IMG/VR virus record: IMGVR_UViG_3300036770_007637
Location: 1 to 59,555 of that record
Direction: 5' to 3' (one strand)
Length of the DNA: 59,555 bases
Source: a virus
Taxonomy: Duplodnaviria > Caudoviricetes
Shown piece after piece: positions 1-10,197 of this stretch. The stretch's first letter is position 1. Every line of letters starts with the position of its first letter. The notes beneath the pieces were generated by a model, which saw nothing but the letters and a program-made list of their open reading frames with translations, was not told where the DNA came from and did no database searches. A program made the position numbers and the translations under genes.

Positions 1-2910
1 ATAGGTATTGCTTTCGCGACCAAATGTTTCTAGCAAATTTTTGTCGCCCATGAACAGTATCAACTTGATGGGATCCACATCACCGCCCTTGAACGGCAGG
101 CTCACGCCCATGTGCAGGCCCGTTGACGAGTTGGTGTAGGCATCACCGGCACCATTGGCCCAGTCTATGATGCGACGCAGTTGCTCAATGGCTTCGGGTA
201 GTGGCATGGGAGGTGAAACAATCTCAAGACCATAATCATCTGAGTCGTCTGAATCCAGGCTGGAATCCGGTTCTATGATGTACTGTCCTTCGCGCCGGGC
301 AGCACCGTGATAGCCCGAACTCACACGCACAGGCATTCCGGTCACACGCTCCAGGCTGTTGCCGATGTCATTCCAGTCACGCTCGCCACCACTGCCACTG
401 CCATCAGTCCAGTAGGGCCAGTCCAGGCTGTATTCGTTGGAGACATCGTTCATGTAGTGCAGACCCTGTTGGTCTAACCAATCGGCTTCATCCAAGTCGC
501 CCATGTATGCATCGAAAAGTTCTTCTGACGCCATCTCGTACCAGGCTCCGCTGCGATCCCAGTCGCGTTCCACATCATCGCGGAACAGGCTCACTGCTTC
601 GGCTTCTATTTGTTCATCGGTGGCATCGTCATCAAGATTGGCACGGGCATCCTCGCGATAACCATCTTCGTTGTCAGGCCACACATTTTCTTCGGCCCAT
701 GACATGAAACGATCTTGGTCGAAATAGTCGTTGGCGAACTGCTCTCTGGCCCAGTCATAAAATTGTTCGGTGAGTTCTTGGCTCAGGCGATCAGCGGCCC
801 TGCGACCGATGGGATTGTCGCCGCCCTGGAAGAAGTCAATGATGTCCTGGATGCTGTACGCACGCTCGTCGGCGTCGAAGTCGGGCTCGCTCTCACCACC
901 ACCGTCGGGATCACTCTGTGTGTTGCGGAATATGAGCTCGGCTTCGAAGCCAGCACGGATACCTTCGGCTTCGGGACTTTTGAGGAACTTCTGGAACTCT
1001 GCGGGTGACATCTTGACTTCTAGGAGATCTTCGTCTTCGCCTGCCTTGACGCTTTCCAGTAGATTGGCCAGATTCTTCATCAGGAGATCGGGACGCCCTT
1101 GGCTGTCGGTCTGCAATCCTAGTTTGTTGGCTTCTTTGCCCAACTGTCCTGGCTTGATATCTACTGTGAGCGCTGTCTTGAAACGTGGATCCTTGGCTTG
1201 CTTCTTGGTGGGGATATAACCCGAAGCATTTTCACGCACATTCACGGGACCAGATATCACTACCGCGGCCTGATATCCATCACCAGCACGTTGCACTTGG
1301 TGCTCAGTCACACGCCATTGATCTTTGCTCATCTCTATGCTGCCGTGTCTCTGTTGTGCATTGGAGATCGCGGCGGCCAGTGCCTGTTCGTAGGCCTGTT
1401 CTATGGATGATCCACCGGCGGTACCTACTACCCTAGTGAGCTGTTGACCACGACCAAATATCTGTCGGCCTCCCACTGATGGAGACTGTCCACGTGCCAT
1501 GTCTCGCACGATGCCTTTGAGTTCTTCTTCTGCACCAGCACGGCTGAATATCTGTGGTGCGTTGTAGATCACGCGGCCTATGTTGTAAGCAGTGCTGGCT
1601 GGCGATTGTGCTTTTGCGGGTGCTTGACCCAGGGCCATAGCGCCAGCCAGAGCGGCGGCCCCTGCTGTTTTTTTCCAATTCTCTTCGAGATCCATTCCTT
1701 GGAACATCTCGGGTTCTTGATCGGCCCAGTGGCGCATGATTCGCCCGGCCATGGCATTGGCTGAATCTTCAAATGCGCTGCCTGTCTCGCCGGCGTCGTC
1801 AGGAAGATCCACTATCTCGTTCTGGCGAGCATGAGTCATCTCATGTGCCAGAGTACGCAGGATATCCACTATGTGCCGACCAGCCGTGGCCAGTTCTACC
1901 GTATGGCTGTCGGGATCATAACGACCAAATGTACCGTTGACTTGGCTCCATTGCGGATCTCTGCGCAGTCTGATGCGTGGCGGTTGTTCCATGCCCAGGA
2001 AGTCGCAACAGGATTTGGTGAATCGATCGATGATATCGCTCTGTGATTCCTGTTGTTCCTGTACGCTCTCGCCGCCATCTCCGCCATCTCCCCCGGCATC
2101 TCCGGTAGCGCCAGAGTCATTGTGATATCCAGGATAGAACCAGCCGCCGAAGGATCCATAAGTGAAACGCTTGCGAGATTTTTTCTTTTTCTTCTTGCGT
2201 TCTGCCAGACTCAGGCGTGCATCTTCGAGATCACTACGATGATCCCATAACTTCTTTATCAAGCCCTGGGTGCGCAACATCTTGAACGCTAGATTCTCAG
2301 GTCCGAACTCGCCACCTTCATCTAGACCGGCCTGGCGATATCGTTTGATAGTGTCTGTTATGTTCTTTATTTTATCTAGGTCATCGCTACGTAGTGCAAG
2401 CTCAATCAGATCTCTGAGTTTTTCGTATTTGGCCTTAGTAGATTTCTCGTCGAGATTACCGCGACGTTGCACAGGTATGCGTGTCCAGTCATCATTCCGG
2501 ATGCTGTATTCGCCTAGGCTGCGCACAGGCTTGTTGGCGTCTTGGACGTAGAGCTCGACGTCATAGCCTCTGACTTTGATGTCGTGTTGATCGTTGTACT
2601 GATATTTCTTAGCGTTGAACAGCTCTTGATAGACTTGGTCGGGATTGAGCTTGCTGAAATCTACTATGAGATGGAGATCTATGTCAGAATGTGGAGTGTA
2701 GCTGTAAGCGGCATTAGAGCCACTCACAGTGATGTCTTCTATGGCTAGGTCATCTATGCCCAGGAATTCGCGGAAATCGTCGGCGATACGGAGCAGGGCC
2801 TCTCGCACTTCGGGACGCATTCGGTCGCGTTCCCAAAGGCGAGGATTGAGATCAGAGTGGAACTTTACCGCGTCGGACAGGCGGTAGCTGTCTAATTCAT
2901 AGATGTCCAT
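1..2910 (-). CDS. Multidomain (polyvalent) protein, 3' end outside window: Pol-beta-like nucleotidyltransferase + zincin metallopeptidase + COOH-NH2 ligase (amidoligase type 2)
   Basis: Manual translation from ATG 2910 stays in frame to base 1. Motifs: VSGSNAAYSYTPHSDIDLHL (NTase GS..DxD), LAHEMTH..FEDSANAMAG (HExxH), GFEAE..IEPDSSL..GLEIVSPP..STGLHMGVS (amidoligase). Confidence 0.8.
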   Translation of the reverse strand, partial: MDIYELDSYRLSDAVKFHSDLNPRLWERDRMRPEVREALLRIADDFREFLGIDDLAIEDITVSGSNAAYSYTPHSDIDLHLIVDFSKLNPDQVYQELFNAKKYQYNDQHDIKVRGYDVELYVQDANKPVRSLGEYSIRNDDWTRIPVQRRGNLDEKSTKAKYEKLRDLIELALRSDDLDKIKNITDTIKRYRQAGLDEGGEFGPENLAFKMLRTQGLIKKLWDHRSDLEDARLSLAERKKKKKKSRKRFTYGSFGGWFYPGYHNDSGATGDAGGDGGDGGESVQEQQESQSDIIDRFTKSCCDFLGMEQPPRIRLRRDPQWSQVNGTFGRYDPDSHTVELATAGRHIVDILRTLAHEMTHARQNEIVDLPDDAGETGSAFEDSANAMAGRIMRHWADQEPEMFQGMDLEENWKKTAGAAALAGAMALGQAPAKAQSPASTAYNIGRVIYNAPQIFSRAGAEEELKGIVRDMARGQSPSVGGRQIFGRGQQLTRVVGTAGGSSIEQAYEQALAAAISNAQQRHGSIEMSKDQWRVTEHQVQRAGDGYQAAVVISGPVNVRENASGYIPTKKQAKDPRFKTALTVDIKPGQLGKEANKLGLQTDSQGRPDLLMKNLANLLESVKAGEDEDLLEVKMSPAEFQKFLKSPEAEGIRAGFEAELIFRNTQSDPDGGGESEPDFDADERAYSIQDIIDFFQGGDNPIGRRAADRLSQELTEQFYDWAREQFANDYFDQDRFMSWAEENVWPDNEDGYREDARANLDDDATDEQIEAEAVSLFRDDVERDWDRSGAWYEMASEELFDAYMGDLDEADWLDQQGLHYMNDVSNEYSLDWPYWTDGSGSGGERDWNDIGNSLERVTGMPVRVSSGYHGAARREGQYIIEPDSSLDSDDSDDYGLEIVSPPMPLPEAIEQLRRIIDWANGAGDAYTNSSTGLHMGVSLPFKGGDVDPIKLILFMGDKNLLETFGRESNTY

Positions 2911-2921
2911 GGTACATCTAT

Positions 2922-3824
2922 TTATTTAGAACTTGCTTTGGCCTTTTTCGCTTTGGGTGCAGTTTGTGCCACTACTTTGGCCGTGGGCTTGGTAGTTTCG
3001 GCGATGATCTTGGTACTCACAGGTGCCGGGGCTGGTTGTTCTGCGGCGGGTAATTGTCCAGTGCGTTCCATCTCTGCTTTCAAGTCCTGGTAGAGCTTGG
3101 GCTGTACAGCATAGTCAAACACATAGGTACCTGTGTGCTTGAGCAACACACGCTTGTCTACCCACACCTCACCACCGAAATCACGCCAGTTTTCACAGAA
3201 AGTCCAGTCTTCACTGTAATAGCGATTTTCACGCACAGCAGTATCGAAATAGGTCTTCATATGAGGATCGAGTTCTTTGGGCAGGCCGATATCATTAGCG
3301 AATGTCTTCACGGCCGGATGGCGGGCCAGTTTCTCAAACACATGGCGCTTGATCAACATGAAACCCGTGCCTGTTTTCGAAACTTCTTGCAGATTGCCTT
3401 CTTCTTTGGCGCCATCAAACCCATTCACTACCCATTTCACGGGCATGGTCTTCATGGGATACAAGCCGCCGATGACATCTTTGTCTGCGTTGAGCAAGAC
3501 CAAGAGATGCCAGGGTTCCCAACCGATGTCAGCATCCACGAACATCAAGTGTGTGCTCTGCGGAGTGTTCAGGAATTTAGCTACCAATGTGTTGCGAGCA
3601 CGGCTGATCAATGATTCATTGGTCATGGTCTCGATGGTCCAATCCAAACCCAGCTGTCGGCAGGTGTTTGACCATTTGATGTAGCTCATAAAAGTGCTTT
3701 CAGTGAGCATACCACCATAGCAGGGCATGCAGATATGCACACGCTGTTGTCGCAGATAGTCCACGTTTACTTGGATCTGCATCTGTCCGGGCTGTGCTTG
3801 TTGTTCGGGTTGCTGTTCGGGCAT
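2922..3824 (-). CDS. Phage GT-A-fold glycosyltransferase-like protein
   Basis: MPCYGG, SLISRARN, THLMFVDADIGW (DxD), GTGFMLI, YYSEDWTFC. Confidence 0.65.
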   Translation of the reverse strand: MPEQQPEQQAQPGQMQIQVNVDYLRQQRVHICMPCYGGMLTESTFMSYIKWSNTCRQLGLDWTIETMTNESLISRARNTLVAKFLNTPQSTHLMFVDADIGWEPWHLLVLLNADKDVIGGLYPMKTMPVKWVVNGFDGAKEEGNLQEVSKTGTGFMLIKRHVFEKLARHPAVKTFANDIGLPKELDPHMKTYFDTAVRENRYYSEDWTFCENWRDFGGEVWVDKRVLLKHTGTYVFDYAVQPKLYQDLKAEMERTGQLPAAEQPAPAPVSTKIIAETTKPTAKVVAQTAPKAKKAKASSK

Positions 3825-3830
3825 TGGATT

Positions 3831-3893
3831 TCCTTTGAAATAATATGCGTATATTTACGCCTGCTACGATTGTAGCAGTATTATTTCAAAGGA
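3831..3893 (-). promoter_or_regulatory. Three-way RNA structure enclosing a TAAATA promoter and masking the RBS of the 2922..3824 gene
   Basis: Perfect 15 bp inverted repeat 3831-3845/3879-3893 enclosing two small hairpins (3847-3860, 3861-3878). Confidence 0.7.
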
Positions 3894-5023
3894 TCAACGA
3901 TCGTGTTCCAGTTAGAACGATTGTGTATCAGTCGCAAACCGCCCTGATCGAATCGCAGTCTGTAGCCCATCATCTGCAGTTCGTTACGCAGATCGCGAGC
4001 TTGTGCTGTGGGATCAGTTATAGAAGTGTTTTTGGCTATGTCCAGGATCTGATTGGCGATACCAGTAGCTTTGTCGAGATCAGGAGGCGCTTGTCGATCT
4101 GCAGGAAATTGTAGCACATCTGCTTCGTCGATATAGTCAGGATTTTCTTTGATCTGAGAAAGATCGATCTCTCGGCCCTTGGCTATGGGTCTGCGCCCTT
4201 GTTTGGCCATAAATCGTTCGTATTGTGCCAAGGCATCGACCATGCTCTTGACTACTCCACCTTGATACAGAGTGTACTGCAAACCAGAATAATTCTTGTT
4301 CTTGACCATGTCAACCATGGCGGCAAATTTGCGAGCTAGATTAGAAACTAGACTGGCTTCATCCCAGGTACCCATACCACCATCGGGCACTATCTGATGT
4401 CCTGCGTCCGGGTCATTGACTAATACAGCTTCTTCCACGGGTTTGCTGATGGTTTCATCGAACATGGCCACGATCTTGGCCGCGGCAGCATCATTACCTG
4501 CAGTGGAAGGATACAGCGTTTTGATCAACGCAATTTTTTGTTCGGGTTCCATCTCCGGCCATTTGGCGCGGATTTCAGTGGCTGAAGTCATGCCAGGCCC
4601 AAATGTGGCCACGGGCAGATAAGCTATGTAGGCATGTTTGTCAAATGTTTCGCGACCTGTTCTCTTGTAGGGCTGTAGATATGAAGCCGAGCCATCTTTT
4701 TTCACACCACCTGGGCGAGGTTGTGTGTCGCGGTCTTTTTCACTACGGACAAAGATCAACTGTGTATCTTTGGGATCGTACATCTGTGTGATCTCTTCGG
4801 CACGGAATGGTGATTTTACTTGTATGAATCTGTTGCCCGGTACACCTGCGGCCTGTGCCAGGGTCTTTTTTAGTTTGAAAGGAAAAGGTCTCGCGCTGGT
4901 ATCAGCAGTGGCAGCTACAAACACATCAGCTGATGGAAATGCTTCTCGAGCGGCATTATATAATGCCAAATGCCCTGCATGGAAAGGGTGGAAACCACCT
5001 GGCATGATCACTAATTTTTTCAT
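3881..5023 (-). CDS. Cytidyltransferase-like (HIGH) nucleotidyltransferase with extra C-terminal modules
   Basis: PGGFHPFHAGH and SATEIR motifs. Confidence 0.7.
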   Translation of the reverse strand: MKKLVIMPGGFHPFHAGHLALYNAAREAFPSADVFVAATADTSARPFPFKLKKTLAQAAGVPGNRFIQVKSPFRAEEITQMYDPKDTQLIFVRSEKDRDTQPRPGGVKKDGSASYLQPYKRTGRETFDKHAYIAYLPVATFGPGMTSATEIRAKWPEMEPEQKIALIKTLYPSTAGNDAAAAKIVAMFDETISKPVEEAVLVNDPDAGHQIVPDGGMGTWDEASLVSNLARKFAAMVDMVKNKNYSGLQYTLYQGGVVKSMVDALAQYERFMAKQGRRPIAKGREIDLSQIKENPDYIDEADVLQFPADRQAPPDLDKATGIANQILDIAKNTSITDPTAQARDLRNELQMMGYRLRFDQGGLRLIHNRSNWNTIVDPLK

Positions 5024-5039
5024 ACCAGTATTTATGGGG

Positions 5040-5477
5040 TCACATGTTTTCCAACAGCCAGAGATACACTGGGCAGGTGAATTTCAATTGTACACGCCCA
5101 TTGCATCCCATATGCCCATAAAACTTGTGTATCGATTGGGATACTTCGGTTCCATTACCATCGTGTATGTATTGAGAAAGATCGATCATCAGATGATCAA
5201 TATTGATTTCGTCTATGGTGATATTTTTTACATCGATGATAGTATCTTCGATGATGTTTCCTTGCTCATCGAGTTTGGTATCTTGCTGTGTTTTCCCTTT
5301 CATCACGATGTAAAGGCAATGCTCAGCGTCATCCTCATTGAATTCGTGCAATATATGATGTGTACCGGGTGAAACCGTGCTGTCGAAAAACTTGAAATTA
5401 TCTAGACGTAATTCTATACCTACATTATGATTTTTAGAGGTGTTGATGACGTCCAGGCTGATCCGCACTTTTTTCAT
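5040..5477 (-). CDS. Hypothetical protein
   Basis: ORF; start moved to MKKVR to avoid overlapping the upstream gene. Confidence 0.6.
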   Translation of the reverse strand: MKKVRISLDVINTSKNHNVGIELRLDNFKFFDSTVSPGTHHILHEFNEDDAEHCLYIVMKGKTQQDTKLDEQGNIIEDTIIDVKNITIDEINIDHLMIDLSQYIHDGNGTEVSQSIHKFYGHMGCNGRVQLKFTCPVYLWLLENM

Positions 5478-5482
5478 TGCTA

Positions 5483-5854
5483 TCAGTAAGTAAGAGTGAC
5501 TAAAGTTATAGTACCGCCCACGAATCCTGCGACCTGGGCTCGCAACCAAGTGAAGTTGCCTTTTAGAGTCTGGCTGAAATCACCGGTTTGTGGAGTAGAT
5601 CCATCGCCATACGAATAAACATCAAACCATTGACTGTCTGTTTGAGGATCTGCATCCAGTGTACCCTGGATAGTGATCGTGCCAACAAATCCACTCAGCT
5701 GGAATCGTATAGATTGGGTGCTACTGCGTCTGCGGTAATAACCCACACCTTTTTGTTGATCGCCATCAAAAGCCGTGTCGGAGCTGCCGTCGTAATTGCC
5801 CGATGGTGTGCCATATACTGTCAGTGGTAGCAGTACTAAATTTTCTGTTCTCAT
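5483..5854 (-). CDS. Putative virion structural protein (beta-rich)
   Basis: GTITIQGTL..WFDV..GNFTWLRA pattern; G/T/S-rich. Confidence 0.5.
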   Translation of the reverse strand: MRTENLVLLPLTVYGTPSGNYDGSSDTAFDGDQQKGVGYYRRRSSTQSIRFQLSGFVGTITIQGTLDADPQTDSQWFDVYSYGDGSTPQTGDFSQTLKGNFTWLRAQVAGFVGGTITLVTLTY

Positions 5855-6015
5855 TCTGTAGCTATCTCGACCAGCACATTTGTACCTGCCAATTCTTGTA
5901 CCACTGCTTCCAAGCTGGCCACGGTTTCAGGGCTCATGATCGGCTGGACTGATTCCGAGTCCTTGAGCAATTTGCTGACTTTGATCACAAACAGTTCTTC
6001 GTGTAATTTTGCCAT
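5851..6015 (-). CDS. Small hypothetical protein (54 aa, MAKLHEELFVIKVSKL...)
   Basis: Manually found ORF filling the gap; TAAATA 7 nt upstream of ATG; ATGA overlap with next gene. Confidence 0.7.
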   Translation of the reverse strand: MAKLHEELFVIKVSKLLKDSESVQPIMSPETVASLEAVVQELAGTNVLVEIATE

Positions 6016-6021
6016 AGTGAG

Positions 6022-6729
6022 TTATTTATGGTGTTTTATGGTCACTGTCTTCCTAATAGGACGAGGTAAGATCAGTGCTAACATCAGCTCGATCCTGTCG
6101 TCATCGTGATCTATGAAAAAGTTTTCTCGTACATAGTGCCAACGATCGTTGCTGATCCAATCCTGCAGGCTAGGACTCAATCTGACGTCCTCTTGGTTGG
6201 CCAGGAATTTACGCAAGGAATCGGCCTGAGATTCCGAAGGTTTCCAGGATCTCAGATAGCTCCTGCGACTATGCACACTTTTCTTGACCAGCACAGTATC
6301 TCGTTCTTGATCCACTACCGCACGGCGTAATTCCACAGGTGTGAGATAAGGCAATGTCTCTACTCTGCGCAGGAAACTCAGTTCATTGGAATACACATAA
6401 GCCCAGTCCTGGCTGAACCAGATTTTATAGCCAGATTCTTGTTGCAGGAAGTCCAACAATGCATGGCAGTTTTCGCGTACTTCTGGCGTTATCTCTCGCT
6501 GATGGCTGCGCCAGCTACCTCCAAAGTTCCTACTACCAAGCTGTCCTCTCCAGCTCTGTCGATGATCCAGTTCCATGTCTATGGCAGCATGGCTCTTGGA
6601 TCTCAACACACTGATTTCTGCCTGCTTGATACACAACACAAAATCATACTGGTCGTAGAAAGGCCGGTCCTTGGAAACCAGCTTTATGTTGAGCAGGCGT
6701 CTAGCCGACGACGACATATCCATTTTCAT
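6022..6729 (-). CDS. Hypothetical protein
   Basis: 235 aa ORF tiled after clpA. Confidence 0.6.
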   Translation of the reverse strand: MKMDMSSSARRLLNIKLVSKDRPFYDQYDFVLCIKQAEISVLRSKSHAAIDMELDHRQSWRGQLGSRNFGGSWRSHQREITPEVRENCHALLDFLQQESGYKIWFSQDWAYVYSNELSFLRRVETLPYLTPVELRRAVVDQERDTVLVKKSVHSRRSYLRSWKPSESQADSLRKFLANQEDVRLSPSLQDWISNDRWHYVRENFFIDHDDDRIELMLALILPRPIRKTVTIKHHK

Positions 6730-8956
6730 CTACGCTGCCTGTGTGAGATTTAGCATGATCGAACGTGATAGAATCCTGTTTCCAACCTACGGTAAGAGTG
6801 CAGTCTCGGAGATTTTCAAACAGGATCTTCTTGCTGAGAGGAATCTTGATCAGCTCGTCGATCTTGCGGCTCAATGGTCGAGCGCCCATCTTGGGGTCAT
6901 AGCCCACTTCTGCTAGATGATCGATCAAGGCTTCGGTGAGATTCAAGGTAATGTTTTTCTCCGTCAAACTGTGCTTGAGCTCGTCTACGAATTTCACTAC
7001 CACTTTCTTGATCGATAATTTGTCTAAGCGATTGAACTTGCAGATCATGTCAAGACGATTGCGTAGTTCGGGCTTGAAATAATCTTTCACTGCACGATCT
7101 TCTTCGCCGGATTTTTCCAGGGTCTGACCAAATCCGATATTGTTGTTTTCATTGTCTCTGGCGCCCAAGTTAGAAGTCATGATGATGATACAGTTTTTGA
7201 CGTCTACTTTCTTGCCATTGCTTCCAGTGATAGTACCTTCGTCCATCATCTGCAGGAAGATATTGGCCACGTCAGGGTGTGCTTTTTCCACTTCGTCGAA
7301 CAGCAACACAGAGAACGGATGTTTAGACAAGTCATTGATCAACTTGCCGCCGCCCAGCTGGCTATCATCATATCCGACAAATCCCGGAGGGGCACCAAGC
7401 AACGAGCTGACCGTATGCCGATCCTGATATTCACTCATGTCATATCGCAACAGGGTCATGTCCAGGTTCTGGGCCAACAGCTTGGCCAGCTCAGTCTTAC
7501 CTGTACCAGTGGGTCCAAGGAACAAGAAACAGCCCACAGGGCGTTTTTGGCTAGCGATACCAGCATAGTTCACATAGATGCGTTCTAATACCTGGTCCAC
7601 CACTTGATCCTGACCATAGAGTCGTTGCTTGATGTTTGATTCCAGTTCTACTACTTTTTGGTTTACGTCGTTTTTCACGCGGTCTGCAGGAATGTTTGCC
7701 ACTCGGCCTACCTGATCCTGGATCATTTCAGCAGTGATCACCGCGCCTTCGAGATCTTTCACACGCTCACGTGCGCAGGCAGCGTCAACGAGATCGATGC
7801 TCTTGTCGGGATTTTTCTTGTCATGTAGATATCTCGTGGCCAAGTCTACTGCACGGGTGATGGCATCGGTTTCGATCTTCACACCATGGAAAGTTTCCAA
7901 TCGAGGTTGCAGTCCTGTGAGGATGCGGATAGTGGTATCATGATCGGGTTCGTCAATGCTCACACGATAGAATCTGCGCATCAGGGCACGATCTTTTTCA
8001 AAGCTCTCGTAGTACTCTTCCCATGTGGTACTAGCGATGACCTTGAGCAGGCCTTTGGTAATAGCGGGCTTGATCATGTTGGCAAAATCTAAACTAGAAC
8101 TAGAACCTGCACCAGCACCACGCATGGTATGTGCTTCGTCAATAAACAAGATCACTTTCTTTTTCTGCTCCAGTGCCATGATCACGGCCTTGAGTTTTTC
8201 TTCGAATTCGCCACGATACTTTGATCCTGCTAACAGGCTACCTATCTCCAGGCTCCATACTTCATGTTCTTTCAAGAACTCCGGCACATTGCCTTGATGG
8301 ATCATGGTAGCCAGGCCTTCGGCGATGGCAGTCTTGCCCACGCCTGGATCGCCCACCATGAGCACGTTTGATTTGAACTTTTTAGCTAGTACTGTGATGA
8401 TCTCGTTGAGCTCGGTGCCACGACCGATCAAGGGTTCTAGTTTGTCTGTCCTGGCTTTCTCGCTGAGGTTGATACAGTGTTCTTCCAAGATCTCGTCAGC
8501 CTGTTCATCGCTGATCATGCCACCTTTATTAGAATAATGTTCTTGCCAGAACTCTACGAATGTTTTCTTATCCAGTCCATATTTCAGCATGAAGTAATGG
8601 GCATGGCTGTTGCTTTCGTTCATGATAGCCAACCAAAGATCTACTGTGGTCACAGAACGACGACCGGTAAACAAGACCTGCGTGAGCGCACGATTGAATA
8701 CACGTTCCAAGGCATTGGTCTTTTTGGGTTCTACATCCTTGTCCATGTTGAGGCTCACGATGCTGTCGATATAGGATTCGATATCATTTTCTAATCCGTC
8801 TACCATCACACCAAATTTTGCCAGGACCGTATTGAAAGGTGCGTGCCGCACCAAGGCCAGAGCTAAGTGCTCCAGGGTAATATATTCATGTTTTTTAGCT
8901 CTAGCAATCTTCTGTGCATTGGCCAAGATATGTTCGATCTCAGGATTCTGTTGCAT
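6701..8956 (-). CDS. clpA: ClpA-type AAA+ unfoldase
   Basis: Clp N-domain, Walker A GDPGVGKT and GPTGTGKT, FIDEAH, FDEVEKAH, IGF loop, GARPL; no ClpB middle coiled coil. Confidence 0.9.
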   Translation of the reverse strand: MQQNPEIEHILANAQKIARAKKHEYITLEHLALALVRHAPFNTVLAKFGVMVDGLENDIESYIDSIVSLNMDKDVEPKKTNALERVFNRALTQVLFTGRRSVTTVDLWLAIMNESNSHAHYFMLKYGLDKKTFVEFWQEHYSNKGGMISDEQADEILEEHCINLSEKARTDKLEPLIGRGTELNEIITVLAKKFKSNVLMVGDPGVGKTAIAEGLATMIHQGNVPEFLKEHEVWSLEIGSLLAGSKYRGEFEEKLKAVIMALEQKKKVILFIDEAHTMRGAGAGSSSSLDFANMIKPAITKGLLKVIASTTWEEYYESFEKDRALMRRFYRVSIDEPDHDTTIRILTGLQPRLETFHGVKIETDAITRAVDLATRYLHDKKNPDKSIDLVDAACARERVKDLEGAVITAEMIQDQVGRVANIPADRVKNDVNQKVVELESNIKQRLYGQDQVVDQVLERIYVNYAGIASQKRPVGCFLFLGPTGTGKTELAKLLAQNLDMTLLRYDMSEYQDRHTVSSLLGAPPGFVGYDDSQLGGGKLINDLSKHPFSVLLFDEVEKAHPDVANIFLQMMDEGTITGSNGKKVDVKNCIIIMTSNLGARDNENNNIGFGQTLEKSGEEDRAVKDYFKPELRNRLDMICKFNRLDKLSIKKVVVKFVDELKHSLTEKNITLNLTEALIDHLAEVGYDPKMGARPLSRKIDELIKIPLSKKILFENLRDCTLTVGWKQDSITFDHAKSHTGSVDENGYVVVG

Positions 8957-9389
8957 TTTGTTCCTTTTGTCTGTCGTGCATCACTACGCCATCGAGATGA
9001 TCCAGTTCGTGCTGGAAACATCTCGCTTCTAGTCCTACCATGTCATCTTCGATCCAATCACCGTGGCGATCTTGATAGCGCACAGATATGGTATCGGGTC
9101 TTTTTATTATACACTCTTCTCCTGGAAAACTCAAGCATCCTTCGGGGAATTCGGTCAACACATCGCTCCGGAAAGTGATTTCTGGGTTGAAACACGCCCG
9201 TTCTCTGCCATGTATGTCCATGACGAATACACGTTTGGATATCCCGATCTGTGGTGCGGCCAATCCTATGCCCTGCTGTTCACGCATGAGTGTCAGCATC
9301 TGTTTTGCCAACCGTTCGGTCTGGAAATCACACCCTACGAAAACCCAAGGCTTGGCACGATTGTACAGCACACGCTTTGTCAATTTCAT
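8940..9389 (-). CDS. def: Peptide deformylase
   Basis: GIGLAAPQIG, EGCLS, QHELDHLDG. Confidence 0.95.
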   Translation of the reverse strand: MKLTKRVLYNRAKPWVFVGCDFQTERLAKQMLTLMREQQGIGLAAPQIGISKRVFVMDIHGRERACFNPEITFRSDVLTEFPEGCLSFPGEECIIKRPDTISVRYQDRHGDWIEDDMVGLEARCFQHELDHLDGVVMHDRQKEQNATES

Positions 9390-9393
9390 GCAA

Positions 9394-10185
9394 TTATTTA
9401 TTGACCTGGTTTTTCCGTAATATTTCTATTATTTCTTCAGGTATGTGATCGGGCATTGATGCCTGCAAACGCACCATGAGATCTCCAGGATTGTGCCCTT
9501 GTCTGGCAAGTCCACGCCCGCGAGCTCGCAACATGGTACCGGGCCGTGTGCGTGGTGGTACTGTAAGCGAGATCTCACGCCCTTGTATGTCTCGCACTAT
9601 CAGATCGGTGCCTAGGATCAGCTGCCAGAAATCCACAGGCCGTTCGGTATAAAGGTTGAGATCATCTCTCGCCCAGGTCTTGTGGGGTTTTACCCGGAAG
9701 TTCACTACTAGATCATGTCCTCCTGGTGCCAGCCCAGAGTATCGCACATTTTCGTTGTCTTGTACGCCCTGCGGAATCATTATTTCTAGATTCACCGCGC
9801 CTTGATGTGTGGCCAGGCTCATGACCTTTTTGCCACCCGTGGCCACGTCTTCGAGATCTATCCATATGCTCACACGCTGATTGCGCTGGGCCTGCTGATG
9901 TCTTGGGTGCATCCTGGTACCGAACATCTCGAATATAGTGTCAAAATCAAACGCGGTATTATGGAAAGTACCACCATTGACGTTGACTCTCACACCGGGA
10001 TTATCGTATTGTTCTCGCTGTGCAGGATCGCTGAGCACACGATAGGCTTCCTCGATTTCCTGGAACCGCTGGGTATCCCCACCTTTGTCAGGATGATGTT
10101 GGGACGCTAGTTTACGGTAGGCCCGTTTGATTTCGTCGGCGGAGGATGAGCGTTCTACGCCCAGGGTACGATAATGATCTTTCAC
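9394..10185 (-). CDS. Type II DnaJ/CbpA-like co-chaperone
   Basis: J-domain with HPD, DnaJ C-terminal domain, no Zn finger. Confidence 0.9.
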   Translation of the reverse strand: MKDHYRTLGVERSSSADEIKRAYRKLASQHHPDKGGDTQRFQEIEEAYRVLSDPAQREQYDNPGVRVNVNGGTFHNTAFDFDTIFEMFGTRMHPRHQQAQRNQRVSIWIDLEDVATGGKKVMSLATHQGAVNLEIMIPQGVQDNENVRYSGLAPGGHDLVVNFRVKPHKTWARDDLNLYTERPVDFWQLILGTDLIVRDIQGREISLTVPPRTRPGTMLRARGRGLARQGHNPGDLMVRLQASMPDHIPEEIIEILRKNQVNK

Positions 10186-10197
10186 AGCCTGTACTTA

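Noticed and set aside
507-2748. Many short ORFs in the track over this span
   Set aside because: They are shadows of the long minus-strand ORF 1..2910.
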